64,000 bases of DNA from Lama glama (lineage: Eukaryota). Position numbers and translations under genes: made by a program. The stretch is taken from assembly GCA_028534125.1 (NCBI GenBank), contig CM052818.1, positions 24,802,001-24,866,000 of the forward strand. Direction: 5' to 3'. Every line of letters starts with the position of its first letter. The first letter of the stretch is position 1. The notes beneath the pieces were generated by a model. That model was not told where the DNA came from, did no database searches, and saw nothing but the letters and a program-made list of their open reading frames with translations. Below are positions 36,851 to 51,800 of this stretch, one piece after another.

Positions 36851-39800
36851 GTTTTTTTTCTTTTTTAAGTGGGGTTCACGCGAGTTACTTCCTAGACTCT
36901 TTAAAGGAAGGTATTTGATAGTGCCTATAATTAGAATTAGACCTGTCGGAGTTAGCATCCTTTCTCCAGCCTTTAAATGCAAATACGATCTTCGTGTTCA
37001 GCTACTTTTGTCAGTTTCCTGCCAGTGATTGTATTTATCTCATAGGGTTGTTGGGAGGATTAAATGGTACAGGGTATGTAAAGTGCACCTCACACACGTA
37101 GTAGATGGTAGCTAGAAAAATAATATGCTCTTGGAGGCCTTAGAGTCCAGCTTATGGAGAAAGTTAACAGTTGCTGGTTAATTTCAATGAAATGAAGGTT
37201 TTAACCATCAGTTTAGGTTTTAGGACATGCTGAGCTGGTTTCTTGAAAGCAGAGGGAAAAGATGCCCTAGAAAAAGTCTCCAATATCTAGATGGGGTTTA
37301 TATGACAGTGTGAATGATGTGTTTTTGGAAAAATGAAAGCTTATTGAAAGAAATTGACCACTCCACTCCCACAGCTCCTGCAGTGTTGAAAGCCCAGGAA
37401 AGGAGTTCCTGTGAAGAGGGTGTGGAGAGAGGAGCGTAGAGGGGGTCATGAAGAATGGTATCAAACTTACTAGATTACCTGCCATTTGTGGTTTTGGTCA
37501 CAGAATTTAATAGAATGTTGAATGTAACTAATCTAAAAAAGCAACAATATACTAATAACTGCTGACATGGATTAAGCGTTTAATGTGTGCAGAACACTTA
37601 ATTTTCACAACAACCCTGTGTTATGAGGTAGGCTCCACATTTAACAGAAACAGAAAATGGTGCAAAGGTAAGTCCAATAAATTACTCAAGTCATGGAACC
37701 AGAAAAGGGCAGAGCTGGGATTCAAACCCAAGCTGGCTGTGAAATCAGGCATGAGTGTATTATCATGTTCAACCCAGGCAGGTTGGCACCTGGGTCCAGT
37801 TCCTTAACCACTATGTGGCCGTGACATCGTGCTGCACAGATTTTTTTTAAATGTTAATATAGAGTTCTTGGTATGAAAAATAGAAGGCTTGACCAAATCG
37901 GAGTATGTTGCATTATTGGAAAAAAGAAGGATGATCTCTGCTTGTTCTTAAGCTTGAAATCTTGAAAGACAAAATGAGGTGTTGGTGGGGGCATTTTAAT
38001 CACAATAAAAAAAAACTCAATTAATCATAGGGGAAAACTTCTTGGCAATGAGAGAAATTAAGTGCCAAGAGATTTGGGGATTCCCACATTAAGACTGTGT
38101 ATGTTTGGAGGATAGTTATGCCTGGCCATGGGATCTGGACAAATAACCTCTGATATTCCATCCCAGTTTCACTAGTATAAACTCTCAAAGTTAAGACAAT
38201 CCTGAAATAATAATGATAGGATCAAACATTTATTAAGCACTTAAAATGTGTCAGACACGTTATGATTTAATCCTCAAAAGAATCCTGTGTGATAGGTCAT
38301 TTTTACCAACATTTAACAAAGAAATAAGGAGAAAACTGATGCTAAGTGGTGGGGCTGGGACTTATATCTGATTCTCTCTTGCTTGGAAGCCCATGTGCTT
38401 TACCAGTATTCTAAATTACTGTGGGAACTGCCCCCAGAACCCTGGATGTAGGTTATTTACGCATGTAGGCTTTCGAGTCAAATGAAATGTATTGCAATCT
38501 TAGATCATCCTTTAACAGATTTTTTAATTTGGACAATTTACTCAAATTCTGAGCCTCCCTTTCCTTGAATATAAAATAGAGATGTTAATAGCTACTTTAA
38601 AGGATGGATGGAATCCTTGAGGTAAAGATTCATAGCACATACAGCACAGTGTCTGGCAAATAGGAGGTGCTCAATAAATGTTCCCAAGAATGAGTTGCAC
38701 AGAAATACTTAAAATCATTCTAGCAATGACAAGAGAGTCTGTTAGAAACTTTAGTTCACTTCAGGAAAATTAACATGGTAAAATCTGAATTTACAAAACA
38801 GATTAATTCAGAGTGATTGTTTACTTGTGCAGAGTAATCACTCTGTTCTAATCAGTAGTTTTCCAATTTAATAAACACAGGAATCCCCTCGGGAGCTTAT
38901 TAAAAATGCATATCTCTAGTTTCATCCTTCAAAAGCTTTTCTTTTAGAGGGGCTGCAGATAAGTTCAGCTGTTTGCATTTCAACTCACAAACTCTTTCCT
39001 CTCCCAGGTGGGGGACTCTGATGTAGGAGCTTCCTCCAATACACAGCTGATGATGATGAAAATATTCTTCATATTGTCTAGCTTTTTATCATGGAGAATT
39101 TCAAACATACACAAAAGCTGACATGATGAATCTCATGTATTCATCAACCAGCTGCAACAATGATCGAATTGTTCATCACCTTTCCCATCCCTCACTCCAT
39201 TTTTTGAAGCAAATCCCAGATATCACTTCATTTGTAAATATTTACTTTTATATCTCTATATACCTGTATATCTATAATGTAAGGACTCTTACGATATATG
39301 TAGTATAATGTAAAAGAGATGATACATATAATGGCTCTCTTTAAAAAATATAAACCACAATATCATTATCACATCTAAAGATTAATAATTCCTTACCATC
39401 AAATATCTAGTCAGTGTTCAGATTTCAGTTTGTCTCATAAATGTCACTTTTGTTTTTAACTTTGTGAATTTGAATCAGGAGTCAAATAAGTTCCACGGAT
39501 TGTGATTGGCTGATATTAAGTCTCTTATTTAAAAAAATTTAAGTCTCTTTCAATCTGTAGATTTCCACTTTATCTCTTTTTATTTTCCCCCCTCAAGAAG
39601 TTTGTTAAAGAAGCTGGGTTATTTGTCCCATAGTCTAAAGCAGGGGTTGACTAATTTTTTTTTTTTGTAAAGGGCCAGATAATAAACATCTTAGGCACAA
39701 TGTTGTTGGACAGCACTGCTAAAGTTTCTCCTGGTCTAGACATTGCCAGTTGTATCTCCATGGTGTAATTTGACATGTTCTTCCATCCTCTATATTTCCT

Positions 39801-42800
39801 GTAAATTGAAGTCCTATAAGTTGTACCTACCTCTTGGTCATAGTCAGGTTTGATTTTTTTTTTTTTTTATCTTTCCCTCTTGGTGGTGTGGCAAGCTTCT
39901 CTATAGGTTCCTGGGTATTTTAAAATGTTTAATTTATAGCATATTAAGTAGACTATCTACTATAGTATGTAGTATATAGCACATAATATAAAGAACACGG
40001 TAAAGAAATATATTGGGTAAAATTAAGCTTTGCTTTGTAATAATGTTTAATGTATTAAATACTGTTATTTACTATAACAATAAAGTAGGAACAGTAATTT
40101 TTAAGATGAAATTTGGTATAGTAGAGGTGTTCCTAATACCAGCTGCTCGGGACTCCCTGTCAGTTGATTAACTGACCTTTAGAAACAAACCCACATAGCA
40201 AAGACTATTAACCCATGTCCTGAGTAAGCCAGCCGTTTTTACTTTTTTGGTGAGGTCATGATGATAGAGGGTAGTGGGGCAGAGACAAGCAGACAGTCAA
40301 GTTACTTCATTTAACAGGGTGATTACATAAGGGTGTTATTGGGGTTTGGGGGTTTTTGTTTGTTTGGTTTGGTTTTTTTGTTTGTTTGTTTGTTTTTTTG
40401 TTTTTGAAGAGTCTACATTCCTTGTGGATTGGATACTGGTTTTAAAATTAAGTAAAACATATTTTAAATTACTTCTTCTAAAATGAACCCCAAGAAGCTC
40501 ACACACCACCTCAGCTCTTCACTTAGCACTTTAAAATTAATTCTGAAATGAAACGGCATCTGTAAAATTAGGAGAACTTTCATATCTCTATTACTGTACA
40601 TTACGTTGTTGCCTGGGCTTAAGCTTTTCATCTTTGTGTTAGACTTGAATCCCTGAATTTTAAAAGAAAGGCAAAAATGCTAACTGTTGAGATATGCTAG
40701 CAGATAACAGAGCTTTTACTTTAATAAAGGCTGTTATTTCATCTTTTGAAGTGTTAGACATAAAACCAGCTGGTTTTAGACACTTTGTTATGATTTAATT
40801 CCAAATGGAAAAAACAGATTGTATATATAAATAAATTTTCAAGTAGCAAATCCTAAGATGAAATATTCTAAAATGCCAGCGTTCTCCCTAAGTTTTGTAA
40901 TTGAATATGATCAGTTACAAGCAATAAACTGAAGAAAATGAGTAACAGTAGCTTCGACAGTGTTTGAAATCATAAATACCAAAATTCATTCTTTCTACTA
41001 CTTTAAGATATAATACTTTTTATCTTCACAAAGGGTGAACAGTTAAAGTGCTTTCATAGATATGACTGAGTCTCACAATGGCTGTTTTACAGTTCCATAA
41101 AGTACTTCTGATCACGTGCTGATTACTTGCAAAAGGACTATAAGCCTAATGTTAATTTTTTAAATAAAAAGAATAATGTTGCTTTTGGTCTTGAGAATGT
41201 ATTTAGCATTTTAATGCCTGAACGCATATTGGTCTTATGATTGGACACCAGAAGTAAATTAAAGCACATTTTAGGTCCTCTTAATTAACTTGATTTTCAG
41301 TCAGGTTTTTTTTCCCCCTTTGGTCTCCATCTACTCCCAACCAAAAAAGATATTTTAGAGGAAGTTCTTTATAAACCATTTCCCTTGACATTCAAGTAAG
41401 TAAGAAAACATAAGATCTTTGTACAATTAAATAAATAATTTAATGTCTAGATCACTGACTACTTAGTTTAAAATCACTAGTCTAGATGTTTGCATCAGTT
41501 TGTTTGTAAGATTTGGACCTTAAAACCATACATTTTTCAGTAAAATAATTATTTCAGTTCCCCCAGTCTCCTGACAAGGCATTTCATGTCTGTTAACTTG
41601 TTTTGTGATGGCTTAATAGCAGCTATATTTTTAGGTCAAGTAATATACAATCCAAACTTTAAAAAATTTACTTTTTAAAACTTTGTTTCCAAGTTCTAAG
41701 CATTCTGAGGTGTGTAATTTAATTTTGACTTCAGTGGGAAAATGTCACCTTTGTAGTGAGAAAGAAGTAAATTGTAGAAACCAGAAGTCCTTGTTTTACT
41801 TACTTCATTATCCCCTTAAATATTGATTCCTAAACATTCTTCTCGTTCCCTACTTCCTCCATGTCTCTAGGTCAGCTACACTGCTGGTACCTAAGTTATT
41901 TGGGTTTTATTTATATTTGTTTTTCTAGCTCTATTGACGTATAATTGACATATAACATTATGTAAGTTTAAGATGATTTGACACATTTATACATTGCAAA
42001 ATGATGATCACCATAGCATTTGTTAACACCTCCATCCCATCATTTAATTACTATTACTTTTTTGTGGTGAGAACATTTAAAATCTCTTTTAGCAACTTTC
42101 AACTGTATAACACGGTATTATTAGCTGTAATTATCATGCTGTACGTCAGAACCCCGAACCTGTTAATCTTATAACTGGAAGTTTTGGAGTTTTAATTGTT
42201 ATCAACCTAGGGCTTCCTCCACAGAGATTCTTCATCAAGCTAGAGTGGTAACCTCAGAAATTACCATCCCAAAAGCTTAATTAGACCAGGTCAGATCAAA
42301 AATACAACACTTGGAGTTCAAGTTCCCAGTAAATGGGAGCTGCCTAAACACATGTGATACCCCAGATTCCCAGGCTGCCTCTGTCCTAGGAGATGACTTA
42401 GAACCATGTTAGTCAGCCCATGGCCACTGCTAGAAGAAGAATGCGAGGACCATCCACCTCCATCCTGAGCTTGAGGGGTTGGGTTGACCCAAAAGGTTTA
42501 GGATTCCATTAGTATTGCACACCATTTCCAATACCTCATTCAGCTCTCTCTGAGCCAATGCTGTTTTCATTTTCCTTTCTTCCCTGACTTTTACCCCATC
42601 TCCATCCTGTTTCCAAAGCCTCTTTCTGTTTGATGCATGTTTCTTGCTTCTATCCATTTTCTGGCTCCACAGCCAAGTGTCTCATCATTTCTTCCTTAGT
42701 AATCTACTTCTCCCTCCAGCATCACATTCAACACTCAGCCCTTTGTGCCTCTTCCAAAGTAATTTTTTTCTGCCAGCTAATTTAGTGCTGCCAGAGTTTT

Positions 42801-45800
42801 CATCAAAAGTCTGTAATGGCTGACCATTACCCCTACTCCAGATTTCATGACCATTTATCAAGCTGGCCTGCACCGCACCATCCATCCACCTGACACTATC
42901 AATCAGCATAACACAGAGATGTTGCCATGCTGACCTACAGTTTCCTTCAGCCAGGCTGTCTCTCCCACCTCTGCACTCTCCTCCTTTGTTCTTTTGTTAG
43001 AATCCCTCTTCCCAAATCTTACAGGATTCTTCCCCAAGACTTTTACTAATGATGATTTCCATTGTTAGAGCTGCTTCTTGTACCTACAACTTATCAGTGC
43101 ATGTTTATGTTAACTTGTTAGTTTTCTTTTGGCTTCAATGCAAGTTATTGTCTTATACATTTTACATTTTAATTTGTATGTCAATGTGTGTCTATTGCAT
43201 TATTATTCATCTTTAGGGTATATACTGTACTGTGTGCTTCCTTGTAGACCAGGTGTTTAATAAATACCTGCTGATGATGTTGACCTTGGGCCAGGCACCT
43301 AATTTGTCCTACCTATTACACCTTTCCTTTGCCAACTTTTCAGTAGTGTGTGAGGTTTGGTAATGTAATTACTGAGTATTTTATGTTCTGTTTTTCTAGT
43401 AGTGTGTGTGTGCACGTGTGCAGACACACACGTGCACACACACACTTTCCAAAAGAGAACATAGATATGATCTTGGTCACTGACTTTATGACTGCATGCA
43501 GATTATTGAACCTAAGCCTCAGTTTCCTAATCTGTGAAATGGGGAATGACAGAAACTACCTTAGAGGGTTGTTATAAGGATGGGGGTGTGGGGATTGTGT
43601 TCAGAGTGCCTAGTACAATGTCTGACAAATAGAAGATACTTCAGAAATAGTCATTTTTATTATTGTTAATCTAGATGTTGAGTTTTAATTCATTTAGAAG
43701 GGGGAAAGAAATGATTCTTACTGTGACACTGGATTACATTAATATTTAATTTTTTCTATCTCTAGGTTGAATATATTTCAGGGAAAGTGTTTTTCACCAC
43801 TTGTTCTGACTTAAATATGCTGAAAAAATTAAAATCTGCAGAAAGATTATTTTTGCTGATTAAAAAGCAGTTACCACTTAATGTTTCTTCTGGAAGTAAA
43901 GGTACGGTGTATACCTATCACTTTTACCCATACCATATATTGTACTCCAGAGTTTCCTGCTTGATAATTAGTATGTAGCCATTTCACATTTCTAAGATTC
44001 ATTCATACCTGTGAGTTCATTAATTAGGTATTTTTCTGTATTTCCTACATATTATCACCTAGTTGTATCTCTTCTCTTTGCAATCTCCTGTCTGTTTTCT
44101 GAGACTTTAGTGTCCCAAATCACATTTCATCCTTGAGAATCGTGGTCAGACACCTTCTCTAGAGATATGTATGGTCAGTGCATTTATTTAGATTTAGGAG
44201 CATGTAATAACCCAAAATGCATTGATTTAATAAGTTGGTCAAAACTGTCACCTTGTAAATTTTAACTGATGAGTGATATAACTGGAAGAATAGAATACTG
44301 CATAGTAAAATTTCCTGTTGGGGTGACTCTAAATGTTTTGAATAAACTTAAACTCATTTATAAGGCATTAGAGCTAAAAGGGGCTTAAGAGTTTCCTGAT
44401 CCCTCCCTAATTTTATAAATATGCTGCTAAAATAATTTAAAGATATTGATAAAAGCAACAAAAGAAGGATTAGATACAGCTGGATTTAAGCATTGTCTTA
44501 AATCTCATCTTGATTGCTGCTTGTGCACCAGAGATCATGTTATCATAGCCTATAATAAACTGTGTCAAGAGCATACAAATGGCGAGAAATCAAGAAAGTA
44601 TTTAAAGCAAATACTAAGGTATTATACCATGGGGTCAATATAATTTCATCCCAATATTTCACACACTTTCATCTTCAGAGAACTACAGTAATTATTCTTG
44701 GGTCATCTTGACCACCCTTGTTCATCAAGAAAAGAGTACACTTACCAAGCATGGCTGGCAGCCTGAGTTATGAATGGGTTGTGGATATCTGAAGTGTTAC
44801 TTTATGGAAACTCATTTTATCACCTGTGCTGATATTACATGGTCTAAAATAGTCCCAAGATTCAGTTGCTCTGTTTTTGAGCTCTGTGTTTTGCAATTTA
44901 TTCTGTTTTTTTAATTTAATTTTTAAAAATCAGCATTATTTCAGAGATCAACACACACTCTAGGTCTATGAGTATGTTGAAGAGTTACATATGTTAACAT
45001 AGGACAAATGATCTTGGTAAAGTATATACCATCTTTGGAAGAATTTTAAAACAGTTTTGATGCTAAGTATGGAATATAAGAACAAAGTTTACTCTGTACA
45101 GTATTTATGTTAAATTATATAAATTCCGATGAAAGGGATGTCACTATGTAGCAATTTATCAGCACCAACCAACTGAGCTAACCGGCCAGCTTCTATGTAG
45201 CAATTTAATAAAACTTATTTTAAAGAAATAAAGGCAATGGGATTTCAGAGTGATGAATAGCTTCAACATAGGATAAACTGAGATTTTATTTATTTAGGAA
45301 AAATATTTAATGAAATGCAAAGACTTATAAATGACGATCCTGAAAGCTGGTTGAAAGCCATTTCAATTTGGAAAAATCTTGAACTTGATGCAAAAAAGGA
45401 AAAACTTTCTCAGAAAGATGCTAACCCACTAAAAAGAAAAATGGGAGAAAATGATGTCATCGTTGCTAAAAAGTTGAAAACAGAACAAATGCACGAGATA
45501 CGCGAGAATAAGGAATGCCAGCTGGAAAAACAAATAGAAGCAGCAGCACTGGAGCAAGGACATCGCATCACTAAGAGACAAGAATTTCTAGAAGAAGATC
45601 TTCAGAAGGATGCAGTGGGCTCTCGTACCCACAGCGACTTGACTTTCAGAGTCTCCTGTCGCTGCAGTGGCGCTATCGCGAAGACCTTTACTGCACAGGT
45701 ACGCGCACCTCCCAAAGTGGGTTCCCGTTTTCTGAAAGAATTCGTTACTCTCTAGATCTAAAATGACATGAACACCTTTCACAGAGTACATAACCAGGTC

Positions 45801-48800
45801 CAGACAGACAACTGGGCCTAATCTCATATAATTAAGTCTCTTTGAAAATGCACTTTCCTTCTTAACTTTACCTCGAACGTTAAAGAGGAATAGTATGCCA
45901 CTCTGGGTACAGACCTCCTTTCACTTTCTCCTTAAACATTTCCTCCAACTCATAGATATCCTTTACATTTGGAAATCCTAGGATTGTGGTCCTAAGCTTT
46001 TTGGCTTTCTCTTCAGTTCAGTTGTGTGTGTGTGGACTGGCTGCTCTGCTCCAGGTCCTGCAGGTGTGACCGTCCCCGGACCAGACTGCCGATACACAGA
46101 TGTACTCGAAGGGAGAGCGAACACCGCACACAGACCCTTACAGGACAATAAAGGGCTTCGGTCTGGGTCCTTTGGGCAACCTTAAAATCATACAGACCCT
46201 GAAGTTTGGGCCTAATGCTACTGATCTCGTCATTTTGGAACATACAGGATTGCAGTAGCTGAAATAGTTCATTTTTCAGCTTGCATCTGTTTCCTAAAAT
46301 CCAGAATGACCATGTTGATCAGGCCATGGTCTGGTTATTTCACGTGTCTAAAGTGACAAGAATAGAGATTATACACAAGCAGACGTTAATGCGTTAGTGT
46401 AATATTTTAATATCATAACCTTAAATTACCATCAGATAGTCTGACTTGATTTTCCTACAGGCTACAGGCTATTAGTTTTTGCTTACACTTAAACTTAAAA
46501 TTTTCGTTTTTTTGTATTCTTAACTTTTCTATAACCTGTTGCTTTTCCAGGAGGTAGGAAGAGTATTTGGAATTGCTCTTATGAAGCAGTTTGGATGGAA
46601 AGCAGATTTGAGGAATCCCAATTTAGAGGTAATGAATGTTCATTTTATTTTATATGCTTATAACCTAATTCTTTAAAGACAATGCCAACTATTCCTTTTT
46701 TTTTAATTGAAATATAGTTGATGAAAAATACTACGTTTCAGGTGAACTACATAGTGATTCGACATTTACGTACATTACAAAATGATCGCCACTTTAAGTC
46801 CGGAACCATCCTTCCCATACAAAGGTGTTACAATATTATCGCCATGTCATCTACTCTTACTGTACTTCTAGAGTTTTAAAAATTATGTGTACAAGGATGC
46901 AGCAGTCTGTTTTCTCTTCTGCATTAGAATACTACAGATAATTCTGCTAGTAGTTTTCACTGTGAAAAATCTCTCATCCAAATAGGACTTTTGGAATAGA
47001 GTTGTTTAGTCACAGTTGAACTAAAAAACATTTATTATAAGGTTACAGAGATGTTTTGTTTAATCACAGTAACATATGACAAGTCTCTGTAATAAGAAAT
47101 TCTAGCTAATGGCAAAAAAAAAAAAAGGAAAACAAAAAAGCCAGCACAAAGCTCAATAGTGTGTTAATAGTGGCTTGCTTAGGGTGTGGGGTTATTTTTC
47201 TTTTCTCTTTCTGTATTTGCAAAATTAATTTAATGAGGTCACACAGTGTTTAATTGGAACAGAGTAAACACGCAGGGAAACAAATTTTAGCAATAAAAAA
47301 GTCTTCACTATTTTTTGAAAACCATCTCATAAATTCAACAGTTAGTCTAGTCATTTTTATGATTCATTCATTCATAAATTTATTGTTATAAAGTTTGGAG
47401 TAATGGCTGGCCAAATCAGAAGATTCTGTGTTGTTTTTCAATTTTGTTATCTGATATTTTTTGCTTTTAAAAAGTAGCACCTGGTGTATAGCCTTTATTT
47501 CTGCTATGGAAAATATTTTGACCCCAAGAATGTTTTGATGTAAGAGTGCCTTTCTTCACTGCCCCCTTTCCAGTTCTCCTTGCTTTCCTGGTTTCCTCCT
47601 TTCCCTCTCCCCCGACTCCATCTCACTGTCTCAGAATTATAGTTTCCTCATGGTTTAGTTCATAAATATATCTAATTTAACTCCTATCACTCATTTATTA
47701 CAATTAATAATAGCTATTGGTAGAAATAATTAACACAAAATTGGCAACAATTCACACATAGTAAAATCTGTGTGACAGAAACTGACAGAAGAATCAAATC
47801 TTAACAAATTTTATTCTGCAAAATTAATAGAAAAAACTTTATAGTCAGAAAAGCTATTCCTGACATTTGATATATAAAAATATTAATATGTCATATCTTT
47901 AATATAAATGTTAAATAGAAGAGAATTAATCCCAATCAATAGATTTCCTAAAATGAATAATATACAAAATTGGGAAGTTTAGCTTCAGTGATCAAGGGAT
48001 TAAACTGACTAAATGGAGTTCATTCCAGGTTGCTCTTTTCTTAATAAAAATTTATCAATATTGTAATAATTCTGATGAAACTATATTAAAATAACTTTGG
48101 GGTGAAAGTATGAGGGATCAAATGTTCTCAAGGTCAAACAGCAGAGTTAGAATATTCCATAAACCTCATCAGGCTACAGAAATAAGATTCTTTTAAAATT
48201 TATGTGAGCTACTAATTATAACTTGAGACATTTAAATCCTCATTGTGACCTAACATGATGACTGCAGCTAACAATGCTGTATGATATATAGGAAAGTTGT
48301 TAAGAGAGTAAATCCTAAGAGTCCTTCTCACGAGGGAAAATTCTTTTCCTTTTTTCTTTTTATTGTGTCTATCTGAGAAGATGGATGTTAGTTGAACCTA
48401 TTGTGGTGATCATTTCATAATATTTGTAAATCAGACCATCATGCTGTGCATCATAAATTTAAACAGTGATGTATGTCAATTATTTCTCAATCAGACTGCT
48501 CACCTAGAGATGGTAGGGAGGGAAAAGGTCACCCTTGCTACAGTATATTGGGCCTAAAGAACGTTTTCTGTCAACTGTGGCCTCAAGTCTTATTTGAGGT
48601 TAGAATCAGGGCACATTTAGATAGTCCTCTCTAACCTAAAATGTTGAAAAATCTGATTTAGTTAGGGTCATTCAGAGAATCTCTGGGAAGAAAGTTTATC
48701 TTGAGTTCCTTCACAATTCTCAGTATAACTCAATATAACCAAACTGATCTCTGAATTTTTCTATGATGTGTGCTTAAAATTCACTTTGCCTCTGCTCAAG

Positions 48801-51800
48801 AAAAGATATTATGGAATATTTTCCCAGAAATGACAAATAAAACCTTGGAATCTCTTATTAAAATATAGATTATATAGGTTCAAAATGGAAGCTTTCAAAC
48901 TGTCAATAATTTGGTCGTGCGTTTCCTGTTCCATTCTAACTTCTATGTTTGTTTTTTCAGGTCTTTATACATCTAAGTGACATTTACTCTGTGGTGGGAA
49001 TTCCCATGTTCAGGTAGATATTGTATTCTTAGCTTCAGATTTGTCCCTAGGAGAGTTTGTAAAATTAAGAACTTTATGCTTGTATTTCTAGTATGAAACA
49101 TTGATGTCAGAGGGGGCTAAAGGCATTTGAGTTCTTTGCTTGAGCCAGTCAAGTGTTTTCATGGAGGCTAGTGGATCTGACTTGATCTGACTAGGTAGAG
49201 CTGTGAAAGATTTGATCACAGTAGTCCACTGATTACATGATTCATACTGAAAATTATAACTAATTATTTCTGTTACTGAATGATTTTCACAGGCCCACAT
49301 TTAAGTTAAAAATTTTAGTCTGTTGGTATCTTGGAGTTCTGATTAAAATAGAAAATACAGCCCAATTCTTAAAATTCACCTTGAATATTTTTCAAATTTT
49401 ATTGCAATTATTCTTTTTTTTTTTTTTTTTTGGTGGAGAGCGTGATTCCAGTTTTTAAAATATTCTTCAGGTTTTTTCCTTAGTCATGTTGGGTACTATG
49501 TAATAATAAACGCAAAAGATTCATTTCCTTATTCAGAAATACTTATTGAACGCTTATTGTCCAACTAGTACTTTTCTAGATGCTTTGGGAGGAAGGAGCT
49601 GGTTGGATGGAAATAATGATTTTCAGTTTCTTGGTGGGATGTAAATGCTGGCATCTTGAAAACATTTTATACGCATAGCCCTGTTTACATAGTATAAAGA
49701 GATTTAGATACCCTTTTTCTAGGTGATTCTAGGCATGGAATGTTTTTTAAGAAAAAAAAAAAATCATAGAAGTCCCATGGGAATACCTCATGTACCCTAA
49801 GCTCTCATTGAGGCATGTGTAAGCCTCAATCAGGATGTAAAGAAAGAATGCTTAAGTTCACTGTAATAGCTTTATCAAACAGCAAGCTGTAGCAGTTGAT
49901 CAGCACACTGCTAAGAACATGGTTGATGTTCAAGTTCTTGCTGTATGCTAGTTATACAGTAGCTCCACTAGCCTCTGCATTAGGAAAATCATGAGCTAAA
50001 TAATATTTCTCGTCACCTTAACAGACATGAGGTCATCACCTGCCTCAATGCCCTATTGGTTTCCCTTGGCCGCTACCCACCCAAACTCCCTATAAACTCT
50101 CCCAGACCAAACCTAACCTGCTGTTTCACACCTACACCTAAAAGGTGTCCAGGGCCCCGTACTCCAGTGCCTTTTGAAGTCCTAGGCCCTAACCCTGCAG
50201 AATATTTGTAAAACTCTTTGATTTTTTTTTTAAACAATTTTGCCTACTTGGGTTTTTTAAATTTCATAGTAGTTGACGGGAAAGGTGGGGAAAACTGAAA
50301 GATGGCCACATTTCACCCTAGTATAGTTATTGATGGTCATCAAGACAAGGGTAAGGAAGACTAGTAAAACAGTCAAATAGGAAATATATTTTTAGAAGGA
50401 TTCATAAAGCAGCTAAATAGTCTTTAACACTTTGGTCCAGAAAAGGGTGAGCTTAATTATCTAGAATATTGGTTTATGAGGAACATTTCATCCCCAGCAG
50501 TGCTGACGGAGGTAGCACGAATGTGTTTATATTTTTAGTACCAAATGAAAGAATTCATTTTTAATTTGTAATTATATATAACATACTAAATTTTATGCTT
50601 TTGTTATTAAGTTTCTATATGTTTTTAAACAGAGTACAATTTTATTTAATGCTTGCTAGACATCCTCAAGAAGTCATGCTTATGGCACCTCTGGTAACAT
50701 ACCTAAAAGTTGACAAATAAAATGTGCGTGTCTGAAAGTTAAGGCTCAGGCCCTGAATGGGCAGTGGCTGAAAATAAGATTACATTAGATGCTCTGCGAT
50801 TAGTCAGTTTGACTACCTCAGTGAAGGGAGGAAGCAGTCATGATACGTGTTGGCTAAAAAGAACAATTGGCCGGTGTGTGAGGAGCAGGGGGTGTATAAA
50901 GACTTGAACAACAGACAGCAGTGCATGGAAGGCGTGACATGGAGGTCAGGAGCTGCAGCCTGGTGACCCTGATGAGAGAGGAAAGTCAGAAGTGGTGGAA
51001 GGGAGTGTGGAGCAGCCATGGAGTGTGAGGGATACAGAAAAATGTACATCTTAGTAGTCCCTAAAGACGTTTGGATGGAGCTCTTCCTTCTTTGAGTAAA
51101 GAAGCATTTGGGTATCAGTAGCTCCTTAGGCATTAACTGTGTCCGCTGTGCCACGCCGCAAACATTGCCTGGCACAGGATGGCACGGGGGTAAGGACCGA
51201 GACTTCAAGTCTGCCTTCTCCACAGAAGAACTCTGCAAGGTCGAGCATGTGATCACATCCCTCTGCTATAAAATCAAGGAAAGAGTAGTGTGTACTTCAC
51301 AGCTTTGTGGTTCGGATTAAATGAGACAGCACAGGGGAAAACGAGATTACTGTTTTTAGGATACAGTATGTTGAATAAATTTCAACCATTTTACTTTTTC
51401 AACAGACCAGCAACTAGGGAAGGAATGGGAGAAGCATTTACCAGAGTAAGATTAATTCATTCTATTGATTTCAGTTGAAACAGATAGTAAGTACTTACTC
51501 TGGATATCTAACATTGTGCTAGAGATCTGATATTCAAAGATGAGTAAGATGGTTATTGAGTACAAAGGATGCAGTCCAGTGGTGGAACAGGTATGTGATC
51601 AGTGCTTGACTAGAGTTAGAAAAGGGGACCCAACTGATGGAGGACAGGTGAGCAAAAGAACAGAGAGGAGTTTCACTTAATGCATCACTTAAATGGAGAA
51701 TAACAGGTAAGTGGACAAGAGGAGAAGATCTTACCAGCAAGGAACTGCATGTGCAGAGGCAGGGGGGTGGAGGGGGCTTGAGGTACACGGAGGACAGCGC

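Noticed and set aside
36276..36918. Several overlapping 94-154 aa ORFs on both strands at the CpG island, including a possible uORF from 36276
   Set aside because: Expected from stop-codon scarcity in GC-rich DNA. Only 36470-36595 has Kozak, splice and homology support. The TSS is unknown, so the uORF may not be transcribed.
38809..38845. 10-bp inverted repeat CAGAGTGATT...AATCACTCTG as a miRNA-like hairpin
   Set aside because: The stem is too short for a pre-miRNA and could occur by chance in 64 kb.
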